This document shows positions 25,714-55,293 of a stretch of DNA of 64,000 nt, piece after piece (the first letter of the stretch is position 1; each line of letters begins with the position of its first letter). Origin of the DNA: Ophelia neglecta (lineage: Eukaryota); assembly GCA_965285935.1 (NCBI GenBank), contig OZ260666.1, forward strand, positions 1,302,001 to 1,366,000, written 5' to 3'. Below the pieces are notes generated by a model. It saw only the letters and a list, made by a program, of their open reading frames with translations, did no database searches and had not been told where the DNA came from. Made by a program: the position numbers and the translations under genes.

Positions 25714-25885
25714 AAGGCAAACATTGAAGACTCTAACAACCCATAGAAGCCCCTGGTGGCCCTGGCCGCCCTCTGAGAGACTGGCCCCTACTGGCCAGTA
25801 ATAGTTATGTAGTTGCAAATGAAACTATATATATTTGTTCATGTCTACACAATACAGTCTATTAAAGAAAGTGCCCTTTGAGCTG
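25714..25885 (+). other. AATF: Putative non-coding terminal (3' UTR) exon of AATF
   Basis: Donor CCAA|GTAAGT at 23135, strong acceptor TTTTTTTCTTTTCCAG ending 25713, and ATTAAA at 25861. Confidence 0.5.
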
Positions 25886-25936
25886 GGTCAATTAGAACCA
25901 CACACATGTAGCGTTTGTTTTCTCTCATTCTATATA

Positions 25937-26115
25937 CAGTGAAACCTGTCTATTAAGGTCAGTCAAGAGACTGGCTAAAAGTGGCCACATTAGCCAGGTG
26001 ACCTGACTAGACAAGTTAAATTACATGACCCTAATTGGAGAAGGGGCTGAACAAAAATGACCTTAATAAGCAGGTGACCTTATTACACAGGTGACCTCTA
26101 ACACAGGTTTGACTG
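25937..26115. mobile_element. Tc1/mariner-type MITE, family B (GGTCACC motif), 179 bp
   Basis: TA-flanked CAGTGAAACCTG...CAGGTTTGACTG. Confidence 0.85.
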
Positions 26116-26923
26116 TATATTATTAACTTCACAAATAAGAAATGAATTGGATTGTATAATTATTTTAAATTAATACTTAGGTATCACACCCTATGTGAAA
26201 TAACTACCCACAGGGGCTGATATATTCAAGTGAATATGTGATGTGTCTTTGTTTGAAGGGGGAGGGACGGTGCTTCAATTCATAGGTGTATATAGTGCTG
26301 CTCCTGACTGGTACATGTATATATTTTAACTACCAAAATGAAGTAACAGGAGCAGAGGGCACTGGACTCCCAAAACAGGAATATTAATACACTGATGAAG
26401 TACAATAATATACATTTAGTGCCCAAAAAACAGTGCATGGTGGTAAAGCTCAGGATATACAGATGAAATGTAGGCAAACAAATCTTACGCATGATACTTT
26501 CTGAAATTTGGAATTCAATTATTCTATAATAAATGTAAAAAATAGAAATAGACCATTAAATTAATTAAATGTCCATAGGCAAGGTGAGTATATTTGAAAA
26601 CAGATTTCATACGGTGTGCATACTGCTTCCATAGGAATCAAAGGGATTCTTCTACCAGCAATCTCCAACACTGGAATAGTAAGACTGGCGTTCCCATGCT
26701 CCTTACATGGATGGGCTTACAGTAAGGAGCTATCGCTCATAATCACTCATGTGGAACTCTTAAACCTGGTGTAGACTATCACTATCAGCTAAAAGACCCG
26801 TCACAGCAATTCTGGTCAGTCCCATACCCTCGAGGGGGGGGGGGGAGAGAGCTCCATTCTTTGGTTTACGGGGACATGCCACTTTACAATTGTAACTGAT
26901 TAAAAGCAAGGTAAACACACATA

Positions 26924-27102
26924 CAGTGAAACCTGTGTTTGCGGTCACCTGTGTAATAAGGTCACCTGCCCATTAAGGTCACTTACTAATAGCACAATCT
27001 CCATTTATGCCTGTGTTAACTGACCTGCCAATTAAGGTCACCTGCAAAATGTGGTCAGTTTTTTCAAGTCCCTTGACTGACCAGATTAGACAGGGTTTAC
27101 TG
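26924..27102. mobile_element. Tc1/mariner-type MITE, family B, 179 bp, inverted relative to 25937-26115
   Basis: TA-flanked CAGTGAAACCTG...CAGGGTTTACTG. Confidence 0.85.
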
Positions 27103-27689
27103 TAGTTTATATGGCTACTCTTTATATATTAAAAACTTTCTATTAGGCAAATACAGTTCTAATTGCAATATCCAGAACTGCTATGTATGTAAGAAAAATA
27201 ACATGTGAGTTCGTTACCATTCGTTGTTACCATTTGTAGATGTATATCTTGCTTCAAGATTCACAGCTTGCCCAAACATTGACTATGGTCATACAAACAT
27301 TGAGACAGTGATGCACTGAGATAGTGATTACTCACCTTCCCACATAATATAGTATACAATGTAGTTCTTTATCATTTTGTTGATTATTGGCAATGCCCGG
27401 CCTTGTATGGTCACTCAGACATATATATGTGCTATTCTTGCAACTTGTATACATTAGTTGAAATTAGTTGACGTATCAACTAGTCTGACACGTATCAGTC
27501 AACTATGGACTACTCATTGCATGTGCTATCTTTTTTGCCTTACAAGTTTAGTTACTGTTTGAGGCTTGAGGTGGATGTGATTCATGGTGACTTTTGGACG
27601 GATGTAATGCATTTTACTTGATTAAGACCCTGAACTATTTGACAAATTACCAGATGTAATACGTTGACGAACTAATAAAAGCAATACAC

Positions 27690-28200
27690 GGATATAGATG
27701 GCCTCAGATACGAACTCGCCCGTTCATCCCCATTTATGCAAGACATAGATGTCCATGGATACGAACTTGCCCGTTCTTTCCCGTATATACCAGACATAGA
27801 TGTCCTTGGATACGAACTCGCCCGTTCTTTCCCGTATATACCAGACATAGATGTCCTTGGATACGAACTTGCCCGTTCTTTCCCGTATATACCAGACATA
27901 GATGTCCTTGGATACGAACTTGCCCGTTCTTTCCCGTATATACCAGACATAGATGTCCTTGGATACAAACTTGCCCGTTCTTTCCCGTATATACCAGACA
28001 TAGATGTCCTTGGATACGAACTTGCCCGTTCTTTCCCGTATATACCAGACATAGATGTCCTTGGATACGAACTTGCCCGTTCTTTCCTGTATATACCAGA
28101 CATAAATGTCCTATGATATGAACTCGCCCGTTTATTCCTGTATATGCCACACATACATTGCCTCGGATACGAACTCGCCCATTCCTTCTCGTATATGCCA
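27690..28200. repeat. 54-bp minisatellite, ~9 copies
   Basis: Unit CCAGACATAGATGTCCTTGGATACGAACTTGCCCGTTCTTTCCCGTATATA and variants; unit length inferred from the 18-aa periodicity of the spurious ORFs. Confidence 0.92.
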
Positions 28201-29216
28201 GTATATTTCATGCAACTTTGAATGTAATGGCCCTGTTTTACAAGGCGTTTGTTATTAACTTGCTGTGTGATTTTGTGTTGTTTGCCTGGTATTTAATCTC
28301 GTTTACACAATTCATACAATCAAGTTCTGGACGTTTAAACTGCGTACACACACGTTGAAAATGTTGGTGATTTTCTTAGTAGACATGTCGAATAAAATAT
28401 CAGTGAGGTTTGCTTTAGCAGTAAATTTCGCAGGTTTTGCTTTATTGGCGTTGTCGCCATTATTACCGAAAAGGCGCCCTTCCCGTTTCTGAACTTTGGA
28501 TATGTAGGCATATGATGTTGGAACAGTGGGGTTTCAAGTTATTCCTTATGTTAAAGTTGGGAATAAGCAACAATAAAGTCAGATATATGTATGGCTCCTC
28601 CCAAATGCGGGACTATGTGCAAAACCCCATAGATTCAAAATATATCCATAGAGGTAGACAGTTTTCCAACAAATACCATGGAGGTTGATATAATGCCTAC
28701 AATTTAATTTTTTGTCAGCGCCCCAATAAATCATCATGCGGAGGTTTGGTCCCTCCCTCAAATACCGCTAGCCTATCAGCGACAATTTCCGGTCACTGAA
28801 CGATTACTCAAGCATGACAGCAATGGCGGAAACATGTAGAGTGTAAACATTGGAACCTCGCCAAGAAATCCGACAAGTTCTACAAAATTGGACACGTGTC
28901 TAATTTGCAATATAAATCCAAAGAAAATCAGCCACCGTACAAAACTCTTCACTATTTTTGGGTGATCAGTCAACGTGCTTCGCACACTTGTTGCCACTTC
29001 TACCATCTCGTGTGTGATGGCAATGGGAAAAAGTTGTAGGCTGGTAAACATAGGCACCGGCAAATAAAAACCAAACTAGGCGTTTGTTTTAAGTACAAAA
29101 TCTTTGCGAAAACGATCCAGATGACTAAAAATGTATATTTAAAAGGCAGCGAAAGTAAATCGGAAATAAATCCATACGATGCCACACAATCTGGAGTACA
29201 CAATCAATGCCATATT

Positions 29217-29580
29217 CAGGGCGGCTTGAGTAGGACTGAGGAGGCTTGGCGGTGGCTTGGCAGTGGCTTGGCGGATGTTTGGCGGATGCTTGGCGGAGGG
29301 CGGCTTGAGTAGGTTTGGCGGAGGGAGGTTTGGCGGAGGCTTGGCTTATGGTGGCTTAGCTTATGGAGGCTTTGCGGCTTGGCGGCTTGGCGGAGGTTTG
29401 GCGTAGGCTTGGCGGAGGCTTGGCGGAGGCTTGGCGGAGGGCGGCTTGAGAAGGATTGAGGAGGATTGAGGAGGCTTGGCGGAGGCTTGGCGGATGCTTG
29501 GCAGAGGACGGCTTGAGTAGGTTTGGCGGAAGGAGGTTTTGCGGAGGCTAAGCGGAGGCCTGGCAGAGCCTTGGAGGAGG
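29217..29580. repeat. 11-bp G-rich tandem repeat (GGCGGAGGCTT)n
   Basis: Directly visible degenerate array. Confidence 0.9.
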
Positions 29581-30855
29581 TACGCTCTAGGGCAATCCTT
29601 GTTTTAATCAAAATTGCTTGTGGCTAGCTAGTATGATTTCTTTGTTTTGAAATCGGCCCATAAACAACCGGCTTATGAGCACTTGAAATGTTAAAATGGC
29701 GCTGTGATCTAAATAATAAAAATATTTTAATCAAAGTACTCGTGTCTAGTTAAATGTGATGACTTACTTTCTGAAATTCGGACTATATGCAACTGATATA
29801 TGAGTAATCGTATTTTTTCGAAACGATGCTGTGACCTACGCATTAAAACGAAGGTCTAACATAATCTAAGGGATTGGGTGCCTTGGCATTACCTACATTT
29901 CTCACGACATGTGATATGCATAATCTTCAGTCGTCTCAGCAAAAATAACTAGAATCGCAACGTGAATAGGCTAAAAGCAAGCTTTTATAAAATTCTTAAA
30001 TATGATTATATGTTTCATATGTTAAGAAATCAACAATTCACATGAACCAAAATATTAAACATTTCTCAAAGTCATTGAAGTGTTTTACTATGATCGGTGG
30101 TAAATCTATAAACACCTGATCCTAAACACGGAAGTCCAAAAGAGAATAATTGATTGCATACTACTGACTGTTATTGAACCTCAATAAATATTATTTGACA
30201 TCTCACAAAAATCGACAATATGTTTGTTATATTTCGATAATCTATTCATCTATTTGCAAAAAGAAACCGCTTAAAGTTCTTTAACTACGAGCACACACTA
30301 TTCAAATGAGATAATTCCTCACACCAAATCAATTACCAGTTGACAGAGTTGGCAATTGTATATACTCGTTTATTAGTTTTATAAACTCAAAAATTAAGTC
30401 GCGAGCGGTACAAGTGTCCCACTTCCACGTTTAAATCACGATCATGACAAGAAACTTAACAAGTGGACATATCTTTTATTTGCTTAAAATTTACAGTAAA
30501 ACCTGTCTCAGAGATAAAGGAGTGAATGTTTTAATAATGTAACATCCATTTCTTATTTGTTTTGTGAAATGTAAATGTTAAAGAACGTTGCTTAAGATCC
30601 CATGGCCCAGGAACATTGAAAGCCACTATTTCGTAGGCCAAGGGACATGTTTGTGTATGGAGAGTGAATAATTCCTTGTCCTTTTCACCAGTAGAGAACG
30701 CCGAGTGAACAGCTTGACCTTGATCTAGACGACTTTCGGTTACACGACTCCAAGGTCGAGTGGTTACACGACTCCTGCGTCCTTCGCCATGTTGTAGAAG
30801 GTCATGTGGTTACACAAGTCCCACGTCCTTCGCCATGCTGTAGAAGGTCGTGTGG

Positions 30856-48705
<17,850 letters not shown>

Positions 48706-50081
48706 CTTAGAGCTTTCCTTTCTCTTTATGTCAAACTAACTATATACTGATACCCCCTTTTTAGCCTGGTGATCCACTTATACTGATAATAGACAGCTTA
48801 TTCTATCGCCTAAGACAGAATTACACCAAACGTGAGTCCTTGACGATATGTCCTGGTGAATATCTGTGCTGATATCTCTCCAGCTGTCTGGCAAAATAAC
48901 CACATAAGAATAGTTCAGTATATAAACATCTTGGCTGACTGCCATCATACAACCTTGTAGAGTCCACTATGTATGGACCTATATGTTGTCCACTGATACT
49001 AGTTATACCAAGTCCATCCTGCCGCTTAGGATAGATTAACACAACAAACAAGCACTAACATCAGGGTGAAAGTTCAGATAATAGGTTAACCTCCTTCTAC
49101 ATATGCCGCACTTCAGCGTAGAAGGTATAGCGTTGTAACGCTGTTTACATGACCTAAAACTGTCACCACGATACGCTGTTAGACAGACGTGTGTGGTGAA
49201 ATTCTAGTGAGGCTTGCTTTAACTGTCTCGGCCCTTTGATATTTGTCAGCGACGCAACGACCAGAGGGCTGTGTTCAGCGGACTCTGTATAAAGTAGTAT
49301 AAATATAAATATACCAACGCTACATGTATTGCGGTTTGTTATAGTGACGACATTTAAATACAAGCGCCATCAGTATGCTTGTATTGTGGGTTCATAATTG
49401 GATGCTTGCCGTGCTAGAAATTCATGTAAAAAATAGGGAACTGAATATCGCAACTACAGTTAAGTTCTAGGACGTGCGATTAAGTGCAGAGATTTTATAT
49501 AGTACGTGCACGCATTTTATTAACACGTATTTAACGTAAGAAAATACGTACGAGATACAATACGTGCTATCTAGCACATATAAAATACATATGGAAACTT
49601 ACATTTAATACGACAGAATTATGGTGAACCTCAGGGCATAGGCTTGGTTTCAGTACTAACATCGCGGGTCCTTCAAGCGGTTTATATACAAAGATGTCAT
49701 GTGACCTATAATGGTTAGTACACTCGAGAATATGACATGTTTCACTGTACTTACCATACTGTGCATACAAACATCAATATATAACACAGAGACATTCCTA
49801 TATGATTCTAGATAACTGGACAAAATACAGTGAAACCTGACAATTAGGGACAGCCAAGGGACTGGGAAATCTGTCCTCTTTTCTCAGTTTTCCTTATTTC
49901 ACAGGTTACTTTACATGTAAAGTATTACAACTGTACTAGAAACAATGTCCTTAATAGTCAGTGTGTCCCTAATTGTCAGGTGTCCTGTAGGCCACGTTTT
50001 ACTTACTTTTATTATTATCGACAATTAAACTAAGACATATTTGACAGAGGGACATTCGGCGTTTTAAGTGAGATTTCTTAC

Positions 50082-50156
50082 CCAGAATGCATCATACACA
50101 TTGTTGTGTCCACAAAAGGAGTCCCACCAGATAGTAGTAGTGTTAACAGCAGACAT
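50082..50156 (-). CDS. Duplicate ABCC first coding exon (copy 2): MSAVNTTTIWWDSFCGHNNVYDAFW
   Basis: Intact ATG, 25 codons and GTAAGA donor; use is unproven. Confidence 0.5.
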
Positions 50157-51532
50157 CTTAGAGCTTTCCTTCCTCTTTATGTCAAACTAACTATATACTG
50201 ATACCCCTATGTAGCCTGGTGATCCACTTATACTGATAATAGACAGCTTATTCTATCGCCTAAGACAGAATTACACCAAACGTGAGTCCTTGACGATATG
50301 TCCTGGTGAATATCTGTGCTGATATCTCTCCAGCTGTCTGGCAAAATAACCACATAAGAATAGTTCAGTATATAAACATCTTGGCTGACTGCCATCATAC
50401 AATCTTGTAGAGTCCACTATGTATGGACCTATATGTTGTCCACTGATACTAGTTATACCAAGTCCATCCTGCCGCTTAGGATAGATTAACACAACAAACA
50501 AGCACTAACATCAGGGTGAAAGTTCAGATAATAGGTTAACCTCCTTCTACATATGCCGCACTTCAGCGTAGAAGGTATAGCGTTGTAACGCTGTTTACAT
50601 GACCTAAAACTGTCACCACAATACGCTGTTAGACAGACGTGTGTGGTGAAATTCTAGTGAGGCTTGCTTTTAACTGTCTCGGCCCTTTGATATTTGTCAG
50701 CGACGCAACGACCAGAGGGCTGTGTTCAGCGGACTCTGTATAAAGTAGTATAAATATAAATATACCAACGCTACATGTATTGCGGTTTGTTATAGTGACG
50801 ACATTTAAATACAAGCGCCATCAGTATGCTTGTATTGTGGGTTCATAATTGAATGCTTGCCGTGCTAGACATTCATGTAAAAAATAGGGAACTGAATATC
50901 GCAACTACAGTTAAGTTCTAGGACGTGCGATTAAGTGCAGAGATTTTATATAGTACGTGCACGCATTTTATTAACACGTATTTAACGTAAGAAAATACGT
51001 ACGAGATACAATACGTGCTATCTAGCACATATAAAATACATATGGAAACTTACATTTAATACGACAGAATTATGGTGAACCTCAGGGCATAGGCTTGGTT
51101 TCAGTACTAACATCGCGGGTCCTTCAAGCGGTTTATATACAAAGATGTCATGTGACCTATAATGGTTAGTACACTCGAGAATATGACATGTTTCACTGTA
51201 CTTACCATACTGTGCATACAAACATCAATATATAACACAGAGACATTCCTATATGATTCTAGATAACTGGACAAAATACAGTGAAACCTGACAATTAGGG
51301 ACAGCCAAGGGACTGGGAAATCTGTCCTCTTTTCTCAGTTTTCCTTATTTCACAGGTTACTTTACATGTAAAGTATTACAACTGTACTAGAAACAATGTC
51401 CTTAATAGTCAGTGTGTCCCTAATTGTCAGGTGTCCTGTAGGCCACGTTTTACTTACTTTTATTATTATCGACAATTAAACTAAGACATATTTGACAGAG
51501 GGACATTCGGCGTTTTAAGTGAGATTTCTTAC

Positions 51533-51607
51533 CCAGAATGCATCATACACATTGTTGTGTCCACAAAAGGAGTCCCACCAGATAGTAGTAGTGTTAACAG
51601 CAGACAT
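51533..51607 (-). CDS. Duplicate ABCC first coding exon (copy 3): MSAVNTTTIWWDSFCGHNNVYDAFW
   Basis: Intact ATG, 25 codons and GTAAGA donor; use is unproven. Confidence 0.5.
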
Positions 51608-53371
51608 CTTAGAGCTTTCCTTCCTCTTTATGTCAAACTAACTATATACTGATACCCCTATGTAGCCTGGTGATCCACTTATACTGATAATAGACAGCTT
51701 ATTCTATCGCCTAAGACAGAATTACACCAAACGTGAGTCCTTGACGATATGTCCTGGTGAATATCTGTGCTGATATCTCTCCAGCTGTCTGGCAAAATAA
51801 CCACATAAGAATAGTTCAGTATATAAACATCTTGGCTGACTGCCATCATACAATCTTGTAGAGTCCACTATGTATGGACCTATATGTTGTCCACTGATAC
51901 TAGTTATACCAAGTCCATCCTGCCGCTTAGGATAGATTAACACAACAAACAAGCACTAACATCAGGGTGAAAGTTCAGATAATAGGTTAACCTCCTTCTA
52001 CATATGCCGCACTTCAGCGTAGAAGGTATAGCGTTGTAACGCTGTTTACATGACCTAAAACTGTCACCACGATACGCTGTTAGACAGACGTGTGTGGTGA
52101 AATTCTAGTGAGGCTTGCTTTAACTGTCTCGGCCCTTTGATATTTGTCAGCGACGCAACGACCAGAGGGCTGTGTTCAGCGGACTCTGTATAAAGTAGTA
52201 TAAATATAAATATACCAACGCTACATGTATTGCGGTTTGTTATAGTGACGACATTTAAATACAAGCGCCATCAGTATGCTTGTATTGTGGGTTCATAATT
52301 GGATGCTTGCCGTGCTAGAAATTCATGTAAAAAATAGGGAACTGAATATCGCAACTACAGTTAAGTTCTAGGACGTGCGATTAAGTGCAGAGATTTTATA
52401 TAGTACGTGCACGTATTTTATTAACACGTATTTAACGTAAGAAAATACGTACGAGATACAATACGTGCTATCTAGCACATATAAAATACATATGGAAACT
52501 TACATTTAATACGACAGAATTATGGTGAACCTCAGGGCATAGGCTTGGTTTCAGTACTAACATCGCGGGTCCTTCAAGCGGTTTATATACAAAGATGTCA
52601 TGTGACCTATAATGGTTAGTACACTCGAGAACATGACATATACTGGCAAGTACACTCGAGAACATGTGACCTATACTGGTACATATACCTTTGACATAGG
52701 CTGCCATACTTAGTCTTCGAGGCAACGGGATACACACATCACCGCCACACGAACCAAGCCGGAATGGTTTGTAGCAGTACATGGGTAATGTTAAATCAAT
52801 CCTAAAAGTAATACTATACTTATTATTAAGGCGTAGTAAAAGTGTGTGTAAATAGAGCTAGTCTAATTTATACAGTGCTTCGGGAGCAATTGTGGCCAAT
52901 TGAACTGTAGATTATATTGAGTAAAATGCGTGCCTTCCTGGGTGTAATAAGATACGCCATTTATTGATATGTAGGCAGTTTTTCGAAAATTGTAGCTACT
53001 TTTCGATGTAGTATTCCTAGTGATTCATATGCCATTTACGCTTGTATAGATAAGAGATAAGAAGGGTTAATAAAAAATGTTGGGTCTGCTTAAAAAAATT
53101 GGCACATAATCTTCCTGAATGTTGGATATCATGTGGATATGAAATAAAGTATCTTCAACAGCTAAGCAGCCAATGACTTGAATGATTAGAAGTGTTCGGA
53201 TTTATACAAGTGTCATACTGGCCACGAATTAGATTGTGTAAATTGCCTAAAATATTTGTGTAGTTTTATCTTGGAAATGTTAAGAAAAACTGATTAAAGG
53301 GGAAGTGAAAGTTTCGGGGTCAACAGGTCTGTTAGATGTCTTCAAGAAACCAAACTCCATGAACACGTATT

Positions 53372-53640
53372 ATTGTACGCGTGGTGTTTACGCATGCTAC
53401 TGTATTGTACGCGTGCTATTGTACGCGTGCTATTGTACGCGTGCTATTGTACGCGTGCTATTGTACGCGTGCTATTGTACGCGTGCTGTTGTACGCGTGC
53501 TGTTGTACGCGTGCTGTTGTACGCGTGCTGTTGTACGCGTGCTGTTGTACGCGTGCTGTTGTACGCGTGCTGTTGTACGCGTGCTGTTGTACGCGTGCTG
53601 TTGTACGCGTGCTGTTGTACGCATGCTGTTGTATGTGTGC
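53372..53640. repeat. 14-bp CpG-rich minisatellite (TTGTACGCGTGCT[A/G])n, ~18 copies
   Basis: Directly visible; an A-variant block is followed by a G-variant block. Confidence 0.95.
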
Positions 53641-54108
53641 TATCGTACTGTTACATAATTCGACAAATTTCTATATTTGTGCTTGTTTTTTGTTATTGCA
53701 CATTTCATACTTTGATTTTAAGGGCGTCCGCCAGTCACTCGTCTTCGGCTCCCATATGTTTATTTGTCATGTCATGTATTTCTTAATATTTTTTTACTTT
53801 ATAAAACATAGATGATTGCCAAAATAAGACAAAATCCATAGACTGTATATTTTTATATTTGAATTTGATTACCCTACACTATTGTAAGTTTCAGAGGCAC
53901 GTCAATTCAACATAACAAAAATGAACATCTCTATTTTACTGCTGTCCGGGGGGGGGGGGGGGGAGCGGAAACATTATTTGATTCATAATTTAAATTTGAG
54001 TAGTAATTACTTCCTGATAAAATAAGGAGAATGTAAAGTATTTAGTGGAAACAAAGTAGCGTCATCGCACTTTCATTGAAAGACAAATTACTTGAAGGTA
54101 ATTGAAGT

Positions 54109-55293
54109 TTAATAAAATATCAATGGGAAAGTCATGGCGGTGAGGGCGGCACGTTTGTAGACGTCTGACATCCGGGCGTCTGTGTTTACTTGGCTCATGT
54201 CGTCACAGACTTGGACGAGTTTGATCACGTGCTCGTCCGTGTCTGACGGCATTTGCAGAACCCGTGACCTGAGCTCCTGCCAAGAGAGGTCGCTGACGTC
54301 AGGCTCTGTCAGTTGTTTTGGGACAAGTGCTGGGCTGAACTGGGCAACATATGCAGTAACAAGGATACAGAACTGTGTTCGTAAGATGCCCAAGGCTACA
54401 TTGTAGTTGGGTATTAGTGGTAGTATCCTAGACAGCGCCCACGACGAGGTGACTCCGTGTAACAGGAAGAAGTCATTGCGTCTCTCCGCAAGTTGGTAGA
54501 CGACAATGATACAGTCGGTCATCCACTTCATCAGGGCCTGGATTTGCTCGTTAGACTCGGACAATGGTTGGTAGAATTCTGGAAACTTGATCTGGTGGAC
54601 GTATCGAGAAATATCGTCGCTTTTACCGCTAAAAAGTGCAAACACTTTCCCGGGGAATGTTCCATTCCACGTTTTTGGGATTTGATCAGCAGTAGACTCT
54701 TGCAGTATGTGTTCCCCAAATCTAACGTCCTCCCTTACCTTAGACAAGACATCAAGGACATCCAACGACCCCTGACCCCAAGAAGTCAGTTCAGGGGGGG
54801 CCCTGTCGCTAAGTGACATAGGGCAATAGGAATAATGGAGGTATGCTAGCCCTTCGCATACTACTCGGGGATGGCCGGCGGCAAGACCGTAACCTGTGTG
54901 TATCAGACCGTGAATAGCTGATCCAGCCATTCCCAGAGAAAGCGCGGGGAACTCTCCTCTGACCATCTCCTCCATGCAACCGCCATATTTTCCTTTAAAC
55001 AACCCCTGGTAATGTCCGAGGAGTTTATAATAACCTCGGTGCATTCCCAGCAGCGCTGGTACTCCCTCTTCCTCTTGGCTCCGCGTGTTGTCACTGGCAT
55101 CCTCCAGGCGGCGCCTGTAGTGCTCAATGAATGTCTCCAGTCGTCGATGGTTTGCCCCCAGTCGATGGAGAGCGATCATTCCATGGGACATATGGTTAAC
55201 TAGTCCATGTTTATACTCGATGTAGTACCGATCTGTGTTGTGTGCGCTCAGCAGGGTAGAGAGTTCGGCTTTAGTGACGGGGATTTCAGTCAT
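54109..55293 (-). CDS. Questin oxidase family protein (DUF4243; AflY/HypA/GedK/BTG13-like oxygenase), 394 aa, single coding exon
   Basis: Uninterrupted ORF from ATG 55293 with family motifs NHMSHGMIALHRLGA, HGLIHTGYGL, EGLAY, DFFLLHGVTSSWAL and DEHVIKLV. Likely 5'-UTR intron at 55298-55510 (GTGAGT...TTTTTTGTCTTTAAG). Confidence 0.88.
   Translation of the reverse strand: MTEIPVTKAELSTLLSAHNTDRYYIEYKHGLVNHMSHGMIALHRLGANHRRLETFIEHYRRRLEDASDNTRSQEEEGVPALLGMHRGYYKLLGHYQGLFKGKYGGCMEEMVRGEFPALSLGMAGSAIHGLIHTGYGLAAGHPRVVCEGLAYLHYSYCPMSLSDRAPPELTSWGQGSLDVLDVLSKVREDVRFGEHILQESTADQIPKTWNGTFPGKVFALFSGKSDDISRYVHQIKFPEFYQPLSESNEQIQALMKWMTDCIIVVYQLAERRNDFFLLHGVTSSWALSRILPLIPNYNVALGILRTQFCILVTAYVAQFSPALVPKQLTEPDVSDLSWQELRSRVLQMPSDTDEHVIKLVQVCDDMSQVNTDARMSDVYKRAALTAMTFPLIFY

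Noticed and set aside
27672-28211. Repetitive ORFs on both strands
   Set aside because: Translations of a 54-bp minisatellite, with no splice or homology support.
29216-29611. Pro/Ser/Ala-rich 131-aa ORF
   Set aside because: Translation of (GGCGGAGGCTT)n.
48821-52782. Triplicated 61-104 aa ORFs in the 1.45-kb repeat
   Set aside because: No recognisable motifs, and one copy is frameshifted; the only supported coding part is ABCC exon 1.
53305-53815. Cys-rich repetitive ORFs in three frames
   Set aside because: Produced by the 14-bp repeat; not a metallothionein-like gene.
54109-55293. Higher GC of the oxidase ORF as evidence of horizontal transfer or contamination
   Set aside because: Native exons in this window are also GC-richer than introns, so composition is uninformative.
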